A stretch of DNA of 61,899 nucleotides, filler included, from Sphacelaria rigidula (GCA_964200075.2; 7 parts of 7 records of this genome joined end to end with filler, not necessarily neighbours in it); one strand, 5' to 3'. Counted from the whole stretch's first letter, positions 50,027 to 61,899 are shown. A program made the numbers and translations. The notes: generated from the sequence alone by a model not told the origin.

Positions 50027-50780
50027 AGTCGATAGGGCTGTATTGAAGAAATGTACGAAAGGGCAGGCTGGAATAAGGTGGGATAGAGAAGTCGAGAAAC
50101 TACGGAAGGAGATAGGAGGAAACCAAGACAAAATACTGTTCATGGATGAAGACGCGGGGTACAAAGCAAAAATATGAGACAGGATGGACAAAAGGGGAAG
50201 AGGAGCGCTCACACGCAAGGTAGACGACAAAGAACACCTGGAGATATACGGGTGGTTGAGAGAGGGGATCGGAATGAAAGCAAATTTGCATAGCCCCATC
50301 AACGCTGCGAAAGATATGAAGCTACGATTTCGGATTGGGGGCCTGGGCCTGCCAGAAAGAAGAAAGATACACACCAGTCGTCGAACGGAGGAGGTCGTAG
50401 ATGGACAGAACTGCCTCTGTGGCAAAGGAATAGAGAGTAGAAGTCGTGTAGTGGTGCAACATGAGGTATACGAGGAGGTACAGGACATGCTAGAGGAGTA
50501 AGTGCGGGACGTGAACGAAGGTGGCATGAAATTGTTTGATGCATTAGACAGTAGGGAGGAAACGATGGCTATAACAGGAGATAGATGGTGGCCAGCGACG
50601 GCGAAACAGGACGGGAATAAGAAATGTAACAGGTTTTTGTGTAAGGTATAGAAGAAACGTAGTGAGCGCCGGAATGTTGAAGGTGGCTCTATTAGGAGAA
50701 CGAACGGTGCTCCGTCTCGAAAGGGATGCGTGGTCAATGGTCAAACGACTAAGGAAAGCAACAAACGAGTACGTCCCCCC
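50027..50780 (+). mobile_element. LINE 3' portion, same family as 41499-42510
   Basis: HLEIYGWLREGIGMKANLHSP..KLRFRIGGLGLPERRK..CLCGKGIESRSRVV; shares the 3' end ggatgcgtggtcaatggtcaaacgactaagg. Confidence 0.78.
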
Positions 50781-51042
50781 CTTCCCTGTAACGACCCTGC
50801 TGCAGTAAGTATCTCTGTCGCCTGCTAACTCAACGGTTGATGTGTCAGTTCACTCTTTTCCACGTGCCGATATGCGACCGCCATACGATGATGACAGGTC
50901 ACCTATCTTTCACATGAGCACGGCCTCAAATTATCCCTGCTGGTTGATTGGTGCAGGGTGCTCCTGAGCTGGATCGTAGCAGCCGCAGCAGCAGCGGGGA
51001 CTACCGCGGCCTTGTCCTCTCTCTAGTGCGGTTGTGAAGGGG

Positions 51043-51681
51043 ATGCCTGGAATGTGCATCCACACGAGTTGCACCACGAGATCATCATCAGGCATAGCGG
51101 GTAGCAGAAAGACAGAGTTCTGCGCCACACACGCCCGAGCGGGTATGATCGATGTGAGCAAAAGGCGGTGCGGCAAGGAGGGCTGCTCCACAATACCATC
51201 GTTCGGTTCGGCCGGCAGCAGGAAGGCAAAGTTCTGCGCTACACACGCCCCTGCGGACATGGTCGATGTGAGGAGCAAGCGGTGCAGCGAGGAGGGCTGC
51301 GCCACATACCCATCGTTCGGTGCAGCCAGTAGCAGGAAGGCGAAGGTCTGCGCGACTCACGCTCGAGCGGGTATGGTCAATGTGAAGAACAGGCGGTGCA
51401 GCAAGGAGGGCTGCGCCACACAAGCATCGCTCGGTGCAGCCGGTAGCAGGAAGGCGAAGTTCTGCGCGACTCACGCTCGAGCGGGTATGGTCAATGTGAA
51501 GAACAGGCGGTGCAGCAAGGAGGGCTGCTCCACACAAGCATCGCTCGGTGCAGCCGGTAGCAGGAAGGCGAAGTTCTGCGCTACACACGCTCTAGAGGGC
51601 GTGGTTAATGTGAACAGCAGGCGTTGCGGCAAGGAGGGCTGCTCCACAATACCATCATTTCACTGTCACCTTCCGTGCTAA
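51043..51681 (+). CDS. EsV-1-7 Cys-rich repeat protein (~5.5 repeats of 38 aa)
   Basis: Repeats like RRCSKEGCATQASLGAAGSRKAKFCATHARAGMVNV (C-x4-C..F-C-x2-H..MV.V); 114-bp DNA period; ATG at 51043, ORF track starts at GTG 51034. Confidence 0.85.
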   Translation: MPGMCIHTSCTTRSSSGIAGSRKTEFCATHARAGMIDVSKRRCGKEGCSTIPSFGSAGSRKAKFCATHAPADMVDVRSKRCSEEGCATYPSFGAASSRKAKVCATHARAGMVNVKNRRCSKEGCATQASLGAAGSRKAKFCATHARAGMVNVKNRRCSKEGCSTQASLGAAGSRKAKFCATHALEGVVNVNSRRCGKEGCSTIPSFHCHLPC

Positions 51682-52086
51682 CACGACAGCACAGGTACGT
51701 CCTGTGATTCATCATGTCACGTGCGCCTGCTTCCGGGTACGAGGACTGTTTTTTCACAATTTCAAAATTCAAAATTCAAAAAGTCCAGATCGGGATCTTA
51801 CATTACCGCACGTTCGATCAATGTGTCCCATACAGTACCCACAGCGGGCACGCTGTGTACGAAGTGCTCCGTAGGCAGGAGGTAAGTGCTGTTGATCCAC
51901 TCCTGGAGAGGGAAGTATCCCGAGACTGAAACCGGCGAACATGCGTGCGCAAAGTACACATGGGCGGCGGTTGTTGGGGCTGTGCACCTGGAGGGATTGC
52001 GAGACGGTAACCCACGTTCATTATTCAGGTGTGTGCGGTGACAGAAAACAGCTCCTGTTAGATCTGGTGCCCAGGTACCTACCATG

Positions 52087-52191
52087 TTGGCCAGGTACGT
52101 GTTAGCATGGTGTTTGCACCATATTAGCCAGGTACGTGATCGCATGGTGTTTGCACCATATTAGCCAGGTATGTGATCGCATGGTGTTTGC
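52087..52191 (+). repeat. 37-bp minisatellite, ~3 units
   Basis: ttagccaggtacgtgatcgcatggtgtttgcaccata tandem with no spacers. Confidence 0.9.
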
Positions 52192-53143
52192 GCTGTACTG
52201 TGTGCTGTGGCAGCGTGTTTGCACTGTGCAACTTCGTACCTAACAGGACTGCTCGAGCAGTTGTGCGATCATTCTATGTGAGTCCGAATGAATTTCTGAC
52301 CAACATACGGGGCTTCTCTGCTGGAGTCATCCTGGCGGCGAAACATGTTCAACGCCCGGCAAATGACGAATGGCCCCTAGTATGATTGATTGATGTGCGG
52401 CATTGTGAAAAGTCATTGCGCGGGTCAAGTCGTATGGATTCGCTTCCGCTCCACGCCACAACGTGTCGCCACTGCATTGTCATTGTGTCGCCACTACATT
52501 GGATCATCACTACTCTACATTGGACCATCACTACACCACCTGGGGCCATCACTACACATCAGAGGACCGTCACTACATGGGTTCCTTCACGCCGGGAAAT
52601 CGGGGGCAACTAGTGCCGTTGGTCGGCAGCAGTAGACACGCTGGTGGTAAAAGTTATTGTATGCGTGGCTCACGCCTTGACCATTTTGTTTTGTTCACCC
52701 TGCTTCTACTGTAGCGTTGTGTTTGACTCTTCCCTTAACACCATATTTTATTCTATTTTGTTTTATTCTATTCTATTCTATTTTTATCTACTTTTACGTC
52801 TTTATTTAGATTTGAAGTTTCGGAATTGCATACGGACATCGGCAGAGAGCGCACTAATACTACACCCCCCATCCGCCCCTGCCGCCTTTGCTGTTCGATT
52901 TTGCCCGCTCCTGTCGCCCTGAACGTGCCTGCGTGATGCCGCGAGTCATCCCACGGTCGTTGGTATCGCATCATACCACGTTTATATCCTCTCCCGCTGC
53001 TATTTTTTGCTGCTGATTTTTTTTCTCTATCGGTATCAACTGTNNNNNNNNNNNNNNNNNNNNNNNNNNNNNNNNNNNNNNNNNNNNTTAATTAATTAAN
53101 NNNNNNNNNNNNNNNNNNNNNNNNNNNNNNNNNNNNNNNNNNN

Positions 53144-53205
53144 CATACATACATACATACATACATACATACATACATACATACATACATGCATACACAT
53201 ACATA
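53144..53205 (+). repeat. (CATA)n microsatellite (intron of EsV-1-7 gene, contig end)
   Basis: Directly visible. Confidence 0.9.
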
Positions 53206-53235
53206 CTCGCAAACACATCTACAACCCACACTTGC

Positions 53236-53475
53236 CTTGTAGTACATGTTGACCATGTGGGGCTCTGCGTGGCGCTTACAGAACCGCCGCCGTGTGTCGC
53301 CTCGCGCGGCGAAAGACGGATTCTTGTTGCAGAGCGGCGACTCGCACGTCAGGGTATTACACGTCATGCCCTCGCCCCTGTGGTCCCGGCACATTTCGCG
53401 CCTGCCCCCAACCCCAAAGCTGGGGATTCTGTCGCACCCTGGGGCGGCGCAGCTTGTCGATCGCGACTTTGCCAT
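53236..53475 (-). CDS. EsV-1-7 repeat protein, exon with two divergent repeats (rest of gene outside contig)
   Basis: MAKSRSTSCAAPGCDRIPSFG..MCRDHRGEGM..CESPLCNKNPSF..RRFCKRHAEPHMVNMYYK; candidate donor AAG|GCAAGT. Confidence 0.78.
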
Positions 53476-54214
53476 CACCGTACCGTCCGCCTTGTTGCTG
53501 TTGGCGGTAGTGTGTTTGACGCAGTATTTTCGTTTTCCAGTACGAGCAGGGGAGGGTGTGATCGTGGTGTCAAAACATGGTTCCTCGAAACAATCCTGCG
53601 GGAGATGGCGATGACGACATGTTGTTTATCGGGGGAGGGGGGCGTACTCATTTGTTGCTTGCCTTAGTCGTGTGACCATTGACCACGCATCCCTTTCGAG
53701 ATCGGGGGGGGAGGGGNNNNNNNNNGGGGGGGCGGCGCTTTCGTTTTGCTGTTTTCGTGGGCGGGGCCCCCGGCCCCCCAGTTCCCTGTGGGGGGGGGGG
53801 GGGGGAGGGGGGGAGGGGAAGCGACGGGGAAGGTCATGTATTCGAGCAGAGTCTGGGTTTCCAGTTGTCTATTTCCCTGTATTTTTGGAGGACGGGCTAT
53901 GCGCGTGTGACCGGTGGACGCGACTGGTGGCTGTTGATCTGAGGGAGGGAGGGAGCAGTTCGCCACAGCGGAGACACCGTTTTCCCTGCGACGTGTACTC
54001 GGTGCTGCTTTGCCGCGTTACCGTGAATTACATTCTCCACTACTGGCCACGTGCTCGAGTTTACGCACAGTATTGGACGGTTTTACGCTGTTGGATGTAG
54101 CACTGAATACACAGACACTTCAGTCGGCAGCTTTATACAACTAGAAGGCTGCTCCAACATCCGGCAAATATCCAACGAAGCCGATGGAGTTGTCTTTACT
54201 TCTTTGTCATGAAT

Positions 54215-54248
<34 letters not shown>

Positions 54249-54599
54249 TTCCCACCCCCTTATCCAACCAAAAACATCAAAAAAAAAAAAAACCTTCCAT
54301 CCCTCCCTCCTGAGGATAAGTCTGTATACAGACCAAAAGGATCAAATACGCTCCAACCCTATTGGGCCCCAGGCTCACCAACAACCACAGAGGCGTTGCT
54401 GCTTTGTCGCGTAGAGAACGGCGCACATGGTCAAAATCAACCACGCACGCTGTAAACAGTACAGTGCACGCATACCGCACGCCGGTCACAATCGATACTA
54501 TGGGACAGCAGTACACTACAGAAGTACCGCACAGTAGAGTAGTATGTATATCTGCATCTAACCCTGTCCCCGACAGACGTGCCTCAATATGGTGCTCGT

Positions 54600-56930
54600 G
54601 AGTCACGTCAGTCCAACTGCGGAGAGATGTGTCGCAGCCGAATCTATGCTCGCATGAGTATGTGTAGCGATAGTTGCTGGCGGCGTGTGCCCCTGATCAC
54701 GCTGTTGCCAGCCGGATCCGATGGGGGTAAGGAGGATCGACATACTCTGCTATCGCTGGGTATCGCAGTCGTCGCAAACTGGCGGTTTCCCTCATCCTCC
54801 CCGCGCTATGTGAAAGTTCTCGGGGTCAGCGTCACAGGACGCGCGACGGTGGTAGGAACTGTCGGCGATGGAGAAACACGCGGTCGATGCTCACGTGCTC
54901 CAGTCCGAGAGCGCGTATTGCCGCCGATCAAAAGTGTAGCCGACGACGTCGGCGCGGAGGACTTAGCGCCACACTTAGCGCGAGTACCGAAGGTGAAAAA
55001 GTCGGGAAATCGGCGGCTGTGAGCGCCGGCCCACCCAAGACAAGCGTTGTGCATGAGGGGACGAGGGCCTCCCATTTGCACACCTGTTCCGGATGCTGAA
55101 GGTCGAGAGCGTACACAGAAGTTGAAAAATGACAATTACGGTAGATCCCTGGCCCATCGGCCTCTGTGAGCCCATATACTGCACTGAGATCCGCTGCTGT
55201 TGGAGGCAGGGGGGATGGGGAGTGTTCATTATTCCCGTTGGTTTTGCCTGGACGATGCTTAACGGTGAACTGATGATCCGTCAGACGTCCTGACCAGCGT
55301 TGTACTCGCGGCTTGTGCTCGTCAACTTCGGCGGGCTGTTCAGATATCCCGTGGTTCGTGACATATTTCGAAGGGCATGTGGCACAAATATTGTCGAAAA
55401 CGTTGTTTTGTCCGTGATTACTTCAACTTCTGGCTTGGGTGTGCTCCATTTGCACTTGTTGGGCAATGTGGCGCGACTGATACAGAGGATACTTCGAACG
55501 GGGACGTATGTCTACGGCTGGTTTGGCACCGCGCCATAACCATCGATGGTGGCGTCTGCGGGCAGTTGGAAGAGGCAGGATCAATATTTTACTGCATCTC
55601 AAACAGGAAATAAACATGACACCGGCTGTTCGGTGAATGTTTTTAGCAGTCCGCGTACAACAGGCTTCCATGATTTGAGTAAAGACGAATGACACACCTT
55701 GTTTCAAAAGCGCAAGATAGAACGAATCATTTGAGACTATTCGGAAAAAAATTGCGATGGGGGAGAGTCCGCCCAGAAGGTAACGAAGCTGGGAAGCGAT
55801 GGTAGGCATCGGCAAGGTAGTGGCTGCCTTCGCGTTGTTAGCGTCCGGAAGGAAGCCAACAGCTGAAATGAAATGTCTCAAAAAATCCAAGCGAGTAGCA
55901 CCAATGCGAGCGCGCTTTGGACGTGTACAACTATAACCCGTGGGTGCGCGAACGAGAAAGACCTTCTCGCAGGGTGCGTACATGTGAGTCGGGTGAAGCG
56001 TCGTGAGCGATGGCACCACTCAGATACACGATGCGCTCCTAGCATTCTATGATGCGTTGCATTGCTTGCAAGGTGTTGATCGCCAATTTGCCTCGCTGGT
56101 GTCTCGAGGCGGCAATTGAGTCTCGCACTGTCTGACCCGCACGGCACAAAGAGCTCAGATCTAGTCGTGCTCGACTCAGCGCCGCTGAAGCTCATCCTGT
56201 TGTGCACGCAACATGCGGCGGGCATTATCGTTGGCGATGCACCGACTTGTTCTCGAACCGTTAACTCGAGATAAATGGGCGAGCTGGGCGCTCTTGCCTC
56301 TTGTCCCGGGCGCTTGAGGCCAACACATATTTAGGGGGAGCAGCCGTGGAGGCATTATTCCAGCTAAGCCGCGGGTGCTTGTCACCCAGAGGGACCGGGT
56401 GCGGTGTGGGGCGTGTCTGCCCCTCGCTGTCGGCGTTAGTGTCCGTTGCGATGGCAGGGGGGAGTGTGCCGGGAGCAGCCGAGCCCTGGGGGGCGGCAGC
56501 AACTACCGGGACGCCCGTAGGGGCAGAAGGAGGAGAAGCTGCGGAAGGTGCAGCCGGGGGAGACCGACATGATCCCTCGACTGGCGTGTGTTCACTTCTA
56601 CAAGGCTATCGTGTCTTCAGTTCTGTAAGGCCGCCGAATTTGGCGGTGTGGTGTCATCCTCGATCAGGGCAGGTCCCGGCGCCGGCTGGTCCTGGATAAT
56701 TTTGCCGATGATCGTCCTTTGCAACGACAAGATGACGCGAAGCTTGGTCTTGTTCTCTCGGAAACCGTCTTTGTATCTGCTCTCGTGAAGTGGACAGTGC
56801 TTTCAGCATCCCTTGGATATCGTTGGTGATCTCCTCCATATGTATTGCGTGCAGTGCAGCAGACGCGCACTCCGTGTAGCGCCGACACCGTGACTCAAGT
56901 TCACACTTCGTTTCCTGAAGAGATTGAGTC
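54600..56930 (-). mobile_element. Possible highly decayed LTR-retrotransposon gag-protease
   Basis: Broken Pro/Ala-rich reading, then knuckle-like CSIWAHRGRWARDLP (~55140-55183), then protease-like ASIDSAATH (~54626-54652), in gag-PR order. Confidence 0.35.
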
Positions 56931-57010
56931 ACACGTCGGCACTACATACTTTGCGCGTCTGCTGCACTACACGGAGTACATGTGGAGGAGATGACAATAT
57001 TCAAGGGGTG
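56807..57010. other. ~200-nt imperfect foldback hairpin
   Basis: atctcctccatatgtattgcgtgcagtgcagcagacgcgca..tgtagcgccgac..gtgactca vs tgagtcacacgtcggcactaca..tgcgcgtctgctgcactacacggagtacatgtggaggagat. Confidence 0.85.
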
Positions 57011-57089
57011 AAACAAGACTGCACGCAGTACAACACAAGATACAAGTATGGCTACAGAGAGTACACGGATAGCTTCGAACGGTCCGGTG

Positions 57090-57322
57090 AGCTTCAAGGT
57101 GGAGTTGCAAGGGGTGACAGTGCAGTCCACCATGGAGGGGAAGCGGAGCTCGTGGTCGCAGCTCTAACGATGAAGGACGCGATGTTTTGGTCAAACATGA
57201 TGAAGGGGCTGGCATTCGGCACGCGCTTCGACAACGTACAGGTGTACGTCAACCACAACTAGACTCTACACATTGCCGGAAACCGGACGTTCAGCACACC
57301 AGTCAAGCACGTAGCTCTGCGG
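57090..57322 (+). mobile_element. Ty1/copia RNase H remnant
   Basis: SFKVELQGVTVQSTME / EAELVVAALTMKDAMFWSNMM..VQVYVNHN*TLHIAGNRTFSTPVKHVALR matches copia ST.EAE..DN..KHI..R. Confidence 0.8.
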
Positions 57323-59326
57323 TAGCAGGCAGTGAGGCCACCGCACGCTACTGCGGGTGCTTCATGGACGCTACCACTGAGTGATGCAGCGATAGTCCAC
57401 CCACCCCCACCCCTCCACAAATCAGCCTCAAATCTGTCACGAGGAGAATGGCCATACAGTGCATGCAGTTGGTTTCAGACTGCATGAAGCGCCTCATATG
57501 GGCGACATTGGCTAAAACGCTCCCAGGCGTGGCAGTTCCTAGCTGCTCTTTGTGCTCGACTTTCGAATTATGATTCGCACGTAGACTTTCCCTCCTTAAA
57601 CCAGCCACTTATCTGGGGGGGGGGGGGCATCGCGGCATCACTCTATTTGCTTTCTTCAGTCTGGCTTGGGGACAGCGCGGGCGGCGGGCGCTACGATCCG
57701 TGCAGAAGAGTGGCGGAGTATAACGTCTCCATGTGACACGATCTTCAGCCTCGATAAAATTTCACCAGAATAACCTTCCACTAGCGAAGATCCCAACCAT
57801 CGGATTATCCTGGTAACATGTTGACAAAAGAATAACCTTCGGCGGTGTGGCATTCACATTTGTCGAGAGCACTCATGATGAATCATCCACCACCCGAGGT
57901 GTTATGCACCATCATCCCCAGCGGCACGGACAACAACGTGGTGTTACAACAGACAATAGATTCTATACTGTACCCAGTACATTTTTTTACAACATAATCT
58001 ATTATCCAGGGTGTAGAAGGTAAGGCCTCGAGACAAGACGAAGCACCTTGTGTGTGATGATGCCGGAACTGCGAGTATATGTTGGGTGCTGCCTAAGGTG
58101 GGTGTCGAAGCAGGTTCGGTGTCCGTAAACGCTCAGGGCGCTGTGTGGGATGAAAAGGTGGTTATCAGCATGACCAGATTCTTGTCTTATTCGACACTCG
58201 TTGTCTGATCATAAATATCGAGGGTGCGATGCAAAACTGCCGAGGAATCAGCAACGGATCCTGCCAGCTGTGTTATGATATTTTGCCCGCTCATGGATGA
58301 ACGCTCGAAGCAACACGGCTGACAAGCATCGTTTGGGCTACGTTATACTTCGTACATCTGAGGGTACTGGGCTCAACATTTCCGCTTCAACTCGCGCGAC
58401 AGCTCGACTTCAAGCTCCTCTGACGCGAACTGTGGGTTCTGATAAGGACCCCTGCAAAGCTCTTTGGTGAGGGGCAACGTCCTGTTACAGTCAGTAGCAG
58501 AACTTCCGTGGGAGACGTCATGACAGCCTGAAAGCTACTGAGTTGATCACTACGGTATTTTTCCTCCCAACAGCAAGTTAGAGACGGGTGTATCAAGATT
58601 GGTACGTGAATATTTCGGTAGTCCGGTAGCGTCCGCTTCCCCGAGCTCTTGCGAAGTATCATACTAGTTTAATAGAGAGACATTGAGGACCTAGGTACGG
58701 GTGGGTAGGGTGCCTCGTGTACAGAGTCGAGCTCGGGGACATTGAAGGACGTTTGCTCGGTGAGGAAGAACCTACCTAGATGAGGACGAGGGATAGTTTT
58801 AAGTCCGAGACTACCTGGGTGGGGGGGGGGGCACTCCCGCCTTGGTGCCTACCCGTACACCCGACCCCTATATTACTACTCAGCCTTACGGTTGGGTACG
58901 AAAGAGACGGCGAGGTGGGGCACACTCGAATGCGCTGCACGAAATGCGCTGCACGAAACTAGAAATAGCTGAGTGAACGGTAAAGGTTCAAACGTGTCTC
59001 CTGGGGACAAAAAAAAGAGAGAGTGACACGCTATGTAAGTCTAGTTCGAAAATGATTACGACTTTCAATGGTTCATAAAAGGAGGGTGTGCGACGTGGAT
59101 ACTACCCTATGGAAGGGCAAATTACCATGCAATGAGTGCCTCTGTCTTTGCCGAGGACTCATCACCTCTGCACACGTGTACCATCATGTGCCTTACTAGG
59201 TTTTGAACACGACAACAGTACCATTATAAGTAGATAACTATTCGCGACAAAGTTGTGAAGTATGGCATGTTAATGTCCTGGTATTGTGCATGCAATCATG
59301 AACATGGTTGTCTGAAGTGCTCATAC

Positions 59327-59634
59327 CTCCTGAGCACAGATTGGAACGAGCTGCGAATGCACGACGCCGATTTCCTTGTGTTGCCGACAAACACGTCGCT
59401 TGCCGCACGCGATCTCTTTCCACAGGGCTGAGCCCTGGCAGTTGGATATATCGCAGCACGACCCCGTGGCCTGTGTCGGCGCTGGTGCCTGGCCGCTGCT
59501 GGTGTCCAGGGGCAATGTTGAAGACAATGCCGACAGATGTTCTTCCGCGCTGTTGTTGCTGCTGCTGCTGATGCTGGTCATGTCGACGGATCACGTTGAC
59601 CGCGACAAGCAACCATGTGGGTATTTCCGCATTA
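59327..59634 (-). CDS. Candidate exon (polyQ) of a minus-strand hypothetical gene spanning roughly 58300-60540
   Basis: cag|NAEIPTWLLVAVNVIRRHDQHQQQQQQQ..GVVLRYIQLPGLSPVERDRVRQA..SG|gtatga; phases with neighbouring candidate exons not resolved. Confidence 0.35.
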
Positions 59635-61304
59635 CTGTTGTACACGGGTAGGTATCCACTGCTGTTGGCCTAGAAGAGTATTGAGTATTTGAACGTGCGA
59701 GGCAGGCGGAACAACACAGTTCAGCCGCACTCACCCCAAAGGCGACAGCTCCTCCTGCAGACTTGAATCCACGTGCAGATATGTCTACCCTCAGACCTTC
59801 CGTTGAGCCTGTTGCGACAAGAAATTACCGATGCTGAATTATTGCTGTGGTCATGGATCTCGGCGAGCTCGTATGTTCCCCTTTATTCCTTGTTTCATTT
59901 TGTTGTGCTGGACGTGCTGGTGTCGGCGTGCGGGACCTTGAGCGCATTTTTCGCCCGCATGCAGACGGTGTATACCACCCCCAGCAGCATGTTTTACGGT
60001 ACGTATCCGCGTTTTGGATGGACTGTACCTCGGTATATGCGTTTTGTATTTTCAGTTGATATATTTCATAATCATTCTATACCAGGCGCCGTACACATGG
60101 TGATACGCAGAATGAGGATGGCTCGGAAGGTGATTGAGAATCGTTGCATTCTTGTGGGATGGTCTGGATTCGTGAACGGTGTATACCACCCTCCCCACCC
60201 CTTCTACCCACCCCCCACGTTTGCGCGACGTACCCCGTTTTGGATACCACATACCAGTGATACATGATCATGTGTTGTCAGGGTTGGGACGTCATACCCA
60301 ACTCGCAGCAGGAGTCGTGGAGAGAACGCAGCGAATATGTCTGAAGGTGGTGGAGGTGCTGGTAGTAGTGGCGGTAGTAGTGGCGGTAGTAGCGGAAGTG
60401 GTGGTGGTGGTACTGCTATGTCGAAGCCCATAGCCGCGGGTACAAAGACTGAAAACTGCCCTTCATTAGAGTTGGCAACACCAACGAGGGCAGCCAGCGG
60501 CGACGGTGGCGTGCAGCCATCACCGAGGTATGGAGACATACAGACAGGCGAAGAGGCAGGCAGACAAACAGACAGACAGACGGAGAGTCGAGTTGAATCT
60601 AGTGCATGGGCTTCAGATAGATCAAATTATAGTATGCTGACTTTACCACAAATGGCTATTTACTCTGACCACGGCGTCCGCATCAGATGCCCAGTACGAA
60701 TGTACCGCGCAGATATCGGAACGGTTTTTTAATGTGAACATGATAACAACAACTCAACAACAATCAACTGCAGTTGTGTGCAGCCCAGGAACGCGACGGG
60801 TACACTCTGTGACGACTACTGTACTGTATGTTGTCCCGATGAACCTCACGAACCACTCCGGGGCACATCCGTGATTATTTAGGCCATGTTTTTGAGATTT
60901 TCGAGTTCACTAAAAAACTAGCCTAGAGCCCAAACTTTGATAGATCGCGCATAACAGTATACAAGAAGCATCGGTGAAGTCAGATTTGGGCGGGATTGCA
61001 TATTAAAGCAGCCCACGAGAAAATCGCCATCTCCGGAGGTGGTTCTACCGTGAGTTTAGGGATGATATCCACCGTTTTGGTCCGTACTGTGCGAATGGCA
61101 CTACTGGACATTTGGATTATGTAAAAGTATATTTGGGATACTTGTGCGTGCATACGAGGACGTAAAATAATAAAAATTAGTTCCTTACCCGGGGATTCAG
61201 TGAAAGCTCCCCTCAAAACATCGTTACACGGGTGTCATCTATCGTTTTGGCCTGTTACACCCTGATGGTAGTTTACCCAAACACGCGAATGCATCCAAGG
61301 GTCG

Positions 61305-61660
61305 GAGAGTGAAATTGCGATTCGTCCCAATTCCAATGTTTCATGAAGCAATCATACGATTCGTACACCAAGTGTAATTGGCATTTGTTTTGGGCTCGTG
61401 ATTCGTGCGACACTACATGAGGCGTACATATTGCCGCGTGGCATTTCATGAAGCACATCGTACAACGTCGCAGGTGCAAGTTTCCTACCTTCCATCCATC
61501 TGGTACGAATCATAGGTACATGTTTCCCATCTTCCGTATATACGAGGTATATCATACGTACATGTTCCTCACCTTGCATTGATACGAAGTGAGTCACGCG
61601 TACAAGTTTCAAACCTACCATTCATCTGGTACGAATCATATGTACATTTTTCCACAGGCA
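61305..61660 (+). repeat. Second copy of the 4390-4720 repeat, followed by ccggtattttgaaatgtcata subrepeats (61730, 61811)
   Basis: Direct alignment by eye. Confidence 0.55.
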
Positions 61661-61899
61661 CCGCAGGTAAGGTAAGTACCCGGTACCGGTATTTGGGACA
61701 TCTCATACCCTATCGATACCGGTCTAATCCGGTATTTTGAAATGTCATACCTACGATACCTACGGTACCAGGGTATTTCGAGATTACAGTACCTGCCGTA
61801 CCCGCCAAATCCGGTATTTTGAAATGTCATATCCTCCGTTCCCCGTCCTCCGACGAAGGCCATGACCGGTCTTGTCGGTACGGCGTGGGGAGGGTCTTT

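Noticed and set aside
52087..52191. 37-bp repeats of CRISPR-like length
   Set aside because: Head-to-tail with no spacers, so a minisatellite.
51043..53475. Convergent EsV-1-7 gene cluster or integrated phaeovirus
   Set aside because: The genes are on different contigs separated by a linker; no NCLDV core genes; host-like repeat context.

Overview
Eukaryotic, intron-rich and repeat-rich DNA, most likely from a brown alga (Phaeophyceae). This is inferred from EsV-1-7 Cys-rich repeat genes, a WSC/Pro-Thr cell-wall gene, TTAGGG hexamers and long GT-AG introns. The window is not one locus. It is seven fragments of 8758, 8757 (x5) and 8756 nt joined by identical 100-nt N44-TTAATTAATTAA-N44 linkers, i.e. 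length-sorted unplaced contigs, so adjacency across linkers is meaningless. Mobile DNA: a decayed Ty3/gypsy retrotransposon (12.5-17.5 kb, minus), LINE fragments (APE endonuclease and a 3' end present 3 times), a copia RNase H remnant, a Tc1/mariner remnant, two tRNA-derived SINE families, a hAT-type MITE with an 8-bp TSD, a TA-flanked MITE and many foldback elements. Partial host genes: a WSC gene (3 exons), a coiled-coil gene (6-7 phase-consistent exons), a minus-strand gene with an IQ-like exon and two EsV-1-7 repeat genes. The most unusual structure is a ~1.5-kb palindrome (1690-3205) whose two arms each hold a 13-bp-arm hairpin with the spacer flipped relative to the arms. Two clean miRNA-like hairpins are also present. 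No prokaryotic system, CRISPR array, rRNA or intact tRNA was found. Exon boundaries were read by eye.
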